Assembly (NCBI GenBank): GCA_040954595.2
Contig: CM082588.2
Span: 1,042,613-1,106,612 of the forward strand
Origin: Balanoglossus misakiensis
Taxonomy: Eukaryota; Animalia; Hemichordata
Length of the DNA stretch: 64,000 bases
Reading direction: 5' to 3'
Under the pieces are notes generated by a model that made no database searches, was not told the origin of the DNA, and was given only the letters and a program-made list of their open reading frames with translations. Positions 27,301 through 50,434 of this stretch are shown piece by piece (the stretch's first letter is position 1; every line of letters starts with the position of its first letter). The translations under genes were made by a program, and so were the position numbers.

Positions 27301-30298
27301 GCAGTCGAGTCGCATATAAATGCCATAAAGTTTAACAATGGGCTGAACTTAAAACACATTGCTGACATTTTAAAGAAATCTAGCAGGTAGGCACTCATCG
27401 GGAAATTGATGTGGATGATTGGAGCCCCCATGGAACATTATTTGAAGAAAAATTAGATTTTTCTTTGTATTCATCTATGTAGACAATTATGAAATTAAAA
27501 TTTTCATAATGGAAATTGTAACTGAGTAATTTAGAAGTCCCTGAAACTCAATATGCCGGTTTATTTATAGTCAGTTAGTCCCTGTATATGATTAGAAATT
27601 TAGTCATCATACTTGTAGCATTCATGGTCAAAGAAATTTTCAAAAAAAAACTAAGTAGATGGTAATCAAGGTCTAAATTATTAGTGATGGTAAAAATAAA
27701 TCAGCCACTCTTTTCAGAGATGTTTTCCATCTTCCTCTAATAAGCTGTCTACATCCCCTACTCCCTCTATCAAAAGCTCCCCTTTCTCACAAGTAATCAG
27801 AAATGACTGCAAGGATGTTGAGAAATACATGGATTCAAAAAGGACTTCGGGTTAGATCCTTGAGATGAAATCAAGATGTGAGGATGGACTTCTCAGAACT
27901 GAGAAGAAAAGTTGTTGCCGGGCGACAGGGATGATGATGTTTACTCTCTGATGGAAGACTGTCATTGCATCACTGTGTCCTTGACAACCGTAGAAGACGT
28001 CTAAAAACTGACCCACATATTCAACATATATTTATAGCAGAGTCGTACAGGAAGTCACCAGTAATTGTTGCCACGGTTGTAGGTTGTTGATGAATGGGTT
28101 TTTTCTACGAATTCCACCTTTTTTTTTACATAGCCTGGTTTACATTTTTATGGAAAAGAGGTTAGCGTTCAATCACCCCTGTCTAATCTGCATAATCAGT
28201 GACACCCATCTCATTATAATAATTTATTCGCAAGGTCAGCATGACGAAACCTTAATATAGAATATGTAGTGAAATAAGCTCCGCCCACTGATGAGAGTTA
28301 AGTAGCTGGGCAAGGACAACCCATGATGAGTATAATGTGCGTCCTACGTCAGCCCACAACCAGACAGTAAAGGTGTCACAGTATAATTGACTGCTCATTA
28401 CTCTATATCATAAAAGTCAACATCTTGGTACCTCCGTCATAAAAGTCAACTTATCTCCGACGAGAACACGAGACGAGCATCACCCAAAGAAGTTCTCCAG
28501 TGAATCTACGGAAAGAGAAGACACTGTGGTAGCACAGCCTCTGGTGGCTTACTACAGTGATAGCCGTCGCCTTGTCAGAAAACTGTGTCCAGATATATAA
28601 CAGTACTAGTTGTGAAGACGAGAAAAAAAACCCTGATGTCGAGTTTGGAGTCCGGACCCTGTACAGCCGCTGTGTCCTCACACTACTACAACAACACCGC
28701 TATCAACTATTCCACCAACAGTAAGAAGAGCAATATGGCCAGTGAAGTTTGTTCTCAAGCATCAGCAGGAGTAGACTGTAACTGCCCGCCTCTGGAGTCC
28801 AAAAACTCAATCTTGTATAAACTACTTACAAATACTGTGTGCGGGGCACCATGCTGTCGCAAGGACCACCATATTAGGAGAGAGATGACCAACCACCACA
28901 TGGAAAATAGCAAATTGAAAGTACTTTTACAAGAAGTTAGGAATGAACAACCAGTACCTTAAAAAGACTCCAATGTATGCAATGTCTTAACAGTGTTTAA
29001 AGGTTAGAGATCAGTTATTTTAAAATTTCTCACAAAGTCCTTCTTCTGTGCTACTGGTAATTTTCTTTTTCACAGTATTGTCCGGGTTGAAAGCTGATTT
29101 GAATTCAGGTGGATCCTGTCACAATACAAACAGAAAAAAATCTGTGAGACTGAAAGAAGAGCTGAAAGTTGATTACCGGTGTTACGTTTTTTTATGTTTA
29201 TTACCATGACACGTCGAAAACATGACACAAACTCTGGCATGATGCCAAATAGGAAACATGCTAGCCATCTGACAGACTGCTCAAGGCCAGTTATTGACAT
29301 GGCTTTAGTTTTCAATGCTCAACCAAGGCAATGTCAATGTAAAAGTCAACTCCATTGACTCCATCTACACCTTTTGACTTTCAATATAGTCACCATGGGT
29401 CAGCTAGGAGTTTTTTCCCTCCAGATTTTCATTAGTAGCTAATTACCCAATCGCTCTTGACTACCTGTTGCTGGTTGCTTTTTTTCTTTTCCATGTCCAT
29501 GAATCAGAAGATACTTAATGGTTTAGACAAATGTTAACCTTGTTTTCAATTCCAGATTTAGTTTCAGTTTTCTTGATATCGTAATTTGTAAACCAGTTAA
29601 GAAACCAACTGGTCTTTGTAGCAAGGAGCTTGGTTTATAAGCACTTCACTACATCCACCATGATTTGTTTCAAATCCATGTGTCTTCTGTGGTATAGACT
29701 GGGGGAACGGTATTCAATTGGATTGTGGTCAATTGCTCCCTCCCTCCCCCAAAGTTGTTTGGGTTTCAACGACTTCTTTGGCATTTTACTGAGTTGAGTT
29801 GATGGGATTGGTCAAGATAAGAGTGTGGTAGTTTTCATAGGTTGAATCTCTAGATAGTCTGTTACTTTTTAACCCTTTCACCACCATGGTTTGGTCCAAA
29901 TCCATTGTTTTGTATGGTAAAGTTGGACCTCTATAGACGAAAACAGGGGTAAAAGGTGTCTGGCAGAATAATCACACATCAATCGTTATTAATATGTGCA
30001 ACATAGTTATGGTGATGAAAATAATAATGACGATTTCTTTCTTTAATTATTTGCTACAGAGACTCCATCATTGCTTAACCCCGCTGCTGTGGAAGAATTT
30101 CAAAGCGACGCACAGTTATGTTTGAGTGAATATGTGATGGCCATGCATCCGAACGACCCTCTCCGGTTTGCCCGAATACTTCTGGGCCTTCCATCACTTC
30201 GTAACATCAAACGACAAGCTCTCATCGAGTTGTTCTTTCGTCCATTGATTGGTGATGTCTGTATGGAGGAGGTATTAGCAACAATGTTACAGCAGTAA
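21303..30298 (+). CDS. NR0B: NR0B-family (DAX1/SHP-like) orphan nuclear receptor without a DNA-binding domain
   Basis: Exon 1 21303-21954: CQCP...SILYSLL NR box, His tract, and LBD (LLKSMDFIKNLPAFWDLNREDR..L....WSELLIL...LQLDDKEYAYIQAIIYLNP). Phase-1 intron after NP. Exon 2 30060-30298 (RFARILLGLPSLR...LIELFFRPLIGDVCMEEVLATML*). No zinc fingers. A good acceptor ending at 21290 suggests an unlocated upstream 5' exon. Confidence 0.93.
28225..28455 (+). promoter_or_regulatory. Putative internal promoter upstream of the intronic ORF
   Basis: CAAGGTCA (28231), GC-box-like ctccgccc (about 28279), CAAGGACA (28311), CRE-like tacgtca (28345), and duplicated tcataaaagtcaac (28408 and 28437; CATAAAA is TATA-like). 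Confidence 0.4.
28735..28962 (+). CDS. Putative 75-aa LxxLL microprotein nested in the NR0B intron (frame open from an ATG at 28636, 108 aa)
   Basis: MASEVCSQASAGVDCNCPPLESKNSILYKLLTNTVCGAPCCRKDHHIRREMTNHHMENSKLKVLLQEVRNEQPVP*. Strong Kozak context (aatATGg). CxCP...SILYKLL mirrors CQCP...SILYSLL of NR0B exon 1; second LxxLL is LKVLL. Confidence 0.6.
   Translation: MASEVCSQASAGVDCNCPPLESKNSILYKLLTNTVCGAPCCRKDHHIRREMTNHHMENSKLKVLLQEVRNEQPVP
29869..29957. mobile_element. Short piggyBac-like (TTAA-CCC) MITE remnant
   Basis: ttaaccctttcaccaccatggtttggtccaaatccattgtttt...ggggtaaaagg; shares internal sequence with 37650-37728. Confidence 0.55.
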
Positions 30299-33200
30299 CT
30301 CTACAAAGTATCAGCCTTTTATACTTGATATGCGACAAAAAAAAGTTGTGGAGAAAGGATTTTATTTATTTATCTTTCTTAAATGTTATAAATTGACATT
30401 TTAGGATTAAGCTGTTGAATAAAAACCCTTGTCTGAATTTACATAAAGATGCTATGTAAAATATTCACGTTTTTTCTTCTTTCATCATGATATTTATTAA
30501 ACTAGAAAAGACAAAATAATAGTATCGAAGGCTGGTACCGGTTACACTGTGATTTGTGAGGCAGCTATTTTCAGACTTAAAAGAGAGTACAAGTTACTTT
30601 GTTATAGAGTAGACTGGCAAACTCGATTAATAAATCATTTATTTATATGATGTACAATTGTGCTTCACCTCTGATCTTCTCCCAACGCAGCTGTTAATAT
30701 CGTGCATGTTTAGAGAAGTTATAAAAGTTATAACCGAGATGTTTTTATTTGCTGTAAACAATATGTTAATAATATTCATATTCATTTGAATCCACTTTGT
30801 TTGTTATTGAAGACTTTGTTCAAAAATCTGTTTCTCTCAAATATTTGAATTTTTAGTGAAACATGCAGAAAGCCATTCCAAGAATTTAGATAGTGATACA
30901 TTGTTTTGTCAGATAGTAAAAGCACACATCACCATTTTGTAACATTGTACTTCAGAATGGTAACATTGTTTCCCACAACTGTAACAATGTATTTGCAGAT
31001 TGTAACTTTGTATACAGAATTGCTAAGACTTTTTAAACCTTGATCTTTTTGGATTCCGTTTTTCGTTCCACTTTTGGTTAAATTCTTACAAGAATGCGAC
31101 TACCGGCTAACATAATTTATTGCCTATGATGGGTTCTCTTTATTCACCTCAGTGTGTCTGCAAAAGTAAATGTTTATTTTGTGATCTTAAAAGTTTCTAC
31201 ATTTTATGATTTGTGATACAAAACGAGAAAAGGAAGAGTTTGACTGGAGAGAAAGCATTGTTAATGTTATTCCACAAAATCGTGTTTGCATTATGAAAGT
31301 AGGAATAGTGTATATTATGCTAAGAGAGATCTATTTTATTGGCTTATTTAATTGAAGTTCACCAAGTGAGCTAAAGTAAGAGCATCTGTTACCTACCATA
31401 TTCATCTTTCTGTAGGAGTTCATCTGAATGTGTTAGACTTTCTCTTTATTCACTTTTTATAGTTCACTATCAATCTTGTTTTTTCACCCGCTGTTTTCCC
31501 GTTACATTTATGCAGGATTTCAGTCCACAAGTTCTGAGTGCATTCATGTGTACTTTAGTTCAAGTCGAGTTTCACTGCAATTGTGTACTACACGAAGTAA
31601 GTTTCCGAGACGTGTTTTGAAATTTTGTGGACAGATTTCATTATTTTAAGTTCAGTTGGCAAATCCCAGTTTGACCTGTAGTAACACTTGTAAGCATGCA
31701 AGATATTTTTGTCACTGAACAATGAAATATATCAGCTTGAGAGGTCAAGGTCATTGCCAAATATTGGGGGCCGATAGTGTTACCACAATCACGTGAATGC
31801 TTTCAGAGAAAACTCAGAATGTTTGTGATGACAAGAAATGTAACTGGAAGACGGTGATTTGTTGATAGTTTTGTCATTGATAAAAAAAATGTACTTTGTA
31901 AGTTGCTTAATGTGCCGTGGGAATTTGTCAAACAGACTCCAGTGCACAGTAGACAGAAAAGAAATTCATCATCATGAAAATCTTGTTCCTTTCATTCACG
32001 GTCGGTATATAAATAGGTTGAACATTTGTTATTCCACACATTTCCACTGGCACTCTGAACAAACAAGCTAATTTGCCTTGAACTTGACATTAAAAGAGTT
32101 AATCTAAGCAGTGTATAAGCACGACAATCCTGTATTGTCCCTGGTGAACTTGTGCTAACAGTGTCAGTCCCACGTCAATGCACGCATTTACGCTGTTTGT
32201 TTCATATTTTTTCTCATCAAGATTCAAATATCGATTTCGATACTTAGCAATTGCGAATTATGTTCGTCTGGGTGACATGGAAGCATGTTTTTCTGAAAAC
32301 AAGTGTGCTATTTTGAATCAGTAAGATCTGAGGAAATATGGGAATAATACTTGATGTAATCAAATGAAGAAATCAACAGATGGACGTGTTAATGTAAATT
32401 ATAAGGAAAGTGGAGTGTGGCATTGTGGGATTGATCACGCAGACTGTTTTTTTTACTGGAATCTGGACACGAAGCAGATTTACAATTTAGAAAAGTCATC
32501 TAAACAGTCATGATGTGTATTTTGATGTTAAAACGGTGCAATTTCAGGATTCATACAGTACTTTATATTGAGAAGTTGTAGTCAGTAGCCACGCGCACAT
32601 TCTCTATGATTGGTTTTAGTCACACTGTTATCACAAAACATAATGTTCCTTGATGGTAATACTTTTTGCACAATTTTAGTGATGTTAATTTTTTTGTTTG
32701 ACTATTTTAAACTTCAACTGAATGTACAAAACCACAACATTGAAACTGTTGTTTGTAGTTGGGACCCAGTGGTTATAAAAGATCATCTGTTTTGGACCAT
32801 TTTTTTGTAGCGAGTGTCCCAGTTTGTGTGTAGAAACTAGCTGTGCGATTTTTCAGATGGAGTTTGGTGAGTTCTAATGAAATCCAATATGAGTACTGGG
32901 AAAAAATGTTCAAATACAAAAATATCTAATTCTGAAGGGCAGGTTACAAGAAAAACATTTTTAAATCGTGGCCTTAGTGTTGAAAAATGTGGAAACTTGA
33001 TTAAGTTTATTGAGAACATAACTGTTTACTTCAAGGTAAGATAGCCTTGACCACAAGTTGCCATGGTGACAAAATTATCAAGGTCGCCGTGTTTTGTGGT
33101 AGGTCAACCTGTCACATGTTTTGATGATACTGACAGTCGAATCTACCAGCCAGAACTCGATGGCCTTGGTTTGTCTCTGCTTCTGTTTTAAACACAGCCT

Positions 33201-36200
33201 TGACCCATATGGCACCGTTGAAATTACCCCTACATGGTCCACGTTGCTTCATAAAACACCTGAATAAAAAAACACATTATTAAGAGATTTTCCATTCACT
33301 CTGAAATTAATCAAGTGAAGAAGAAAAGAATAACTTTTTTCTGTGCGAGTATAAGTCCCAGTTGAATGATTAAGCATGACCCGGTGAGGTCATTCTAGAG
33401 ACAATTACCAACACTTGTTTTTGAACATTATAGCTGTGGTTTTGTATCATTCAGTTCAAACAAACCGGTTAGAGGGGCCTCAAAGATTGTTTTCCTTTTC
33501 AACTTTTTATGTGAATGTGTCTAAGTTGTATTCTTTGTTTTTGTTCACAATAAAGTTCCACTTCGGAAAAAAACGGTTGCTGGCTGTTGTGTGACTAGAG
33601 AGAGGTGTGATGATTGGAAGATTTCTTCCTTGCTATGTTGCTGTACTTTTGGTGTTACTTAAAGAAAATGGTGACAAAACTTCCCACCATTTTGGTCTTG
33701 GTGTGCCTGAGGCTGTTCAAGTGCTATTAATACTATTTCTCGATCTTTTGTGCTGAATATGGCTTGGATATTCTAAGCACGCACGGTTATTTAGATACAT
33801 CGCTATGAATGATGGGTAATGGAAAGTCCACGTGTCTGTGCAAAGTTTCGAAAAGAGCGAACAGTGAATAAAATCTATTGTAATATTTCAGTTTTATTCC
33901 TGTTGCACAGAAGAACATTTCGTGAATACATTCTGAACGGTGTAACTTAGCCATACTATTGTAACTGCGTTTTTTGTATCAAATCCAAGAATATCATGGT
34001 TACTACAATTCTATTTTTTCTCATTGTCCCACTATAACTACCCTGTATCCCAGCTTCCCAAACGTGATTTGCACTATTGAAATATGATAGACGCAGATAT
34101 CGCACTTGCTGCAAACAAATACTATTTTTTTCCAGCCGTCAATACACTGATTGTCATTGGGTGCGACAAACGTTGCCACCGGAGAATGTTCTTTCAAGTA
34201 CAGGGCTCTTGATTACTGTGTCATTGAAGAGAAATTTGCGTCAGTGGAATTGTCGTATCAAGTATAATATCAAAATAGACATGGCCTTGTACACGTTCGG
34301 TGAATTCGTGAGAAAGCTGAAGCTATGGTATACCTCGAGAAATCAGAGGTCAACACCCGACCTTCCAAGCAAGGACTCTCTATTGACCCGTATGTAGCTG
34401 GCGATTTTTTGTACCAAAATACAAGTAATTAGAAGAATAAAAAAACGGTTTAAGTTTGAAGAATTATGGGGAAGAAAATTGGCACCCATGGTATCCAACT
34501 GCGGTGACGTGAGATAGAAAATGATGAAAAATAGACGAGGATGTAGCGAAAGCGTTTAGTAATTACTATCTCATTTATATAGATCAAAGTAATACACGAA
34601 AACAATGAAATTTATAAATCATCGCCGGGAAGCAAATTACAATCACAGTTATATTAATATTATAGATCACCAAAACGGAAAAAAGCTTATGGATATTTCA
34701 CACACTTTATCAATATACGTCCACTTTCATTTATGGTGAAAACTCGGGTTTAAAGTCAATCTACGTGAGTGACTACACAGCATGAACTTCGGTAAACTTG
34801 GACCAGGGGTCTTTCCACGATGGTCTAAGCTTACTTAAATGCGATTTCTATCGAATTATATGAGTGTGATAATTTCTCATGATTTCTGTTATGTGTATTT
34901 GAGTGTGTTTTATCTCGTTATTTGGGATTTAAGTTTGGGAGAGCAATTTATGTACTACAAATAATAACCTTGACATGGGCAATGCCCTCGTTGATTCCAA
35001 GAACGAGATTATTTTCCTAGTAACAACCAAAATCCTAAAAATAGAACTATCTTGAACTAAATCATATATTTGTAAATTTTGTTTGGGAGTATCATAGTCA
35101 ACCACAGCCTTATTTCATGTTTTTTATATCAAACATCCTCTTGACTTCGACAGAATTCAATTCTGTGAGGGAAAAAACCTGTCATTTGTTCTGGGTAGTA
35201 TTGCACCATCTGCTTGTGAGTTGATTGAAATCAAATCTAGTGGCTGGTCTTCTTCGTTGTTTCGTCCTATGGTGTTTCTGTCCTCGCCCAACAAAGGAAT
35301 CGAGTATCGATCGGCCATGAAGATTCAGAAGAAGACAGCAAAAATGCGCGATTCAATCCTTCATCTTATTTTAACTGGATCGCGTCGGGCTGATGTTGTA
35401 GGATTTATGACAGCAGTTAACAGTCAGAATCAACGAATTTGCAAATGTCTATGATGTAACCTTTGTTAGTTGGATCTTACATTGCAGCTAGTAGTTTGGT
35501 CCTATAAGTTTGTGTCGAAACACTCTTGAAAAAGAACAAAGAAAGTGTGTGCGTTAACCATCTGACTTTTTCGGTCCTCAAATGTTTTATTTTTTCGCCA
35601 CAAAGTTTGGCCGCCTCTTTCATTTTAATTCAGAGTATTAGCAAATTTTTAACAGAGGTAAAAAAAACAACAACTGTATACTACAACGGGGTCAAGTTTT
35701 TCTAAAATTGGGAAGAGAAAATATAATCTTGGTCGGTAACTGCCAGACTAGACTGTCGAGGTCATGGTAAAAGGTTAACTTAACAAAATCCCGACCTTAA
35801 TGCGAATAAAATTTTACGATGAAAATTAAGTCAGAGTAATCTATAATTTGATACATTTCGCAAAAATATGTTGTGCAGTACGTTTGTGTCAAGTACAGGC
35901 CAACATTCGATAAAGAGGACAAAGAAATATAGCCATGAGTAATAATTTTTATAGATGCTGGCACACCCTTGTGTTGTCCTTCACTTTTCCGAGCCAGACA
36001 AGACTTAACATTGTTGAATCCAGCTGCGAGACACCGTGTGACCTCGTGTATGACTACAGCGCTTGCGCATACCAATCACCAAGCTCATATTGCAGCGCCT
36101 TGATAATTTCGTATTCCAGTGCTGCAGTAATAAGGTCTTAAAATCGCGAGCATCTGTTGATGAGGAAGTTTTCGCATTTTAAGAAAATAATTGTAAGTGG

Positions 36201-36465
36201 AAAACTGTTACTTCTTGGACAGGAAACTTACTCTGAACACCACTGAAGAAAATAAACAAAATTTCATTTCTAGTATCTTAACAAGCCGGGTATTTACACA
36301 GTACAGTGATGTTGCTTTATTATCAATTTCTGTTTCTATATCTCATTTATTTCCCAAGCGTCCTTGCTCCTTTGATGAAATGTTCAAAAGCGTCCCAAAC
36401 AAAAGAGCATCTGGGTGCGACTTTCGGCCTTCGGAAGTGTTCGGTCAACGTTCGGCATTTTAAAG

Positions 36466-49257
<12,792 letters not shown>

Positions 49258-49297
49258 TGACTTGGACATGAAAGAGAAACTGAACATTTTTGTATAG

Positions 49298-49495
49298 TTT
49301 CAAGTTGCATTGTTTCGTAGGAAGAATTCTTTTGTCTTGATTCAAGTTGCATTGTTTCGTAGGAAGAATTCTTTTGTATTGATTCAAGTTGCATTGTTTC
49401 GTAGGAAGAATTCTTTTGTATTGTTTCAAGTTGCATTGTTTCGTAGGAAGAATTCTTTTGTATTGATTCAAGTTGCATTGTTTCGTAGGAAGAAT
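49298..49495. repeat. 42-bp minisatellite, about 4.7 copies, just 3' of the DDX10 stop
   Basis: Unit ttcaagttgcattgtttcgtaggaagaattcttttgtattga; it accounts for the 14-aa repetitive ORFs in the track. Confidence 0.95.
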
Positions 49496-49831
49496 GCGTT
49501 CATCAGATTTCAGGCAGATACCCTTTGGACACATCCAACCCAAAAGCATATACACCTCAATATTCAATATGACGTACTATAAAGGTCATGGATATTTTGA
49601 GAATGGATTTCTTATGAGGACTGACGTTACTTATCGTTATTGCTGATTTACATACATCTACTAGCAAACATATGAATAAATTATCTGGAACTACATTTGT
49701 TTGCATTCTTGTGGTTTTTACCAGTGCGTGTGAAAATATGTGAGTCCATTCCCAAACCAATGTGTGGACATGTTGAATGACATAAATTGTCCTCTGACTC
49801 CCAAATTTCATGGCACTGATGGTATTAGTAA

Positions 49832-50434
49832 CTTTCTTCAATTTTTGACAAAAATCATGGGTTATATAGGTCATGAAAATCATCCAAAAATGACAATTTT
49901 TCGACTTCGCGAAATTTCAAAATTTCTTCATTTTTTGACGAAAATCATCCAAAAATGACAATTTTTCGACTTTGCGAATTTTCAAAATTTCTTCACTTTT
50001 TGACAAAAATCATGGGTTATAGCTCATGAAAATCATCCAAAAATGACAATTTTTAAACTTTGCGAATTTTCAATATTTCTTCACTTTTTGACAAAAATCA
50101 TGGGTTATAGCTCATGAAAATCATCCAGAAATGACAATTTTTCGACTTTGCGAATTTTCAAAATTTCTTCATATTTTGATTAAAACCATGGGTTATAGCT
50201 CATGAAAATCATCCAAAAATGACAATTTTTCGACTTTGCGAATTTTCAAAATTTCTTCATTTTTTGACAAAAATCATGGGTTATAGCTCATGAAAATCAT
50301 CCAAAAATGACAATTTTTAAACTTTGCGAATTTTCAATATATCTTCACTTTTTGACAAAAATCATGGGTTATAGCTCATGAAAATCATCCAGAAATGACA
50401 ATTTTTCGACTTTGCGAATTTTCAAAATTTCTTC
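49832..50434. repeat. Diverged 88-bp satellite block in inverted orientation (about 6-7 units)
   Basis: Unit catgggttatagctcatgaaaatcatccaaaaatgacaatttttcgactttgcgaattttcaaaatttcttcactttttgacaaaaat is a diverged reverse complement of the main monomer. Confidence 0.93.

Noticed and set aside
49298-49495. 42-bp repeats or the 88-bp array as a CRISPR array
   Set aside because: Units are head-to-tail with no unique spacers, no cas genes are present, and the context is eukaryotic.
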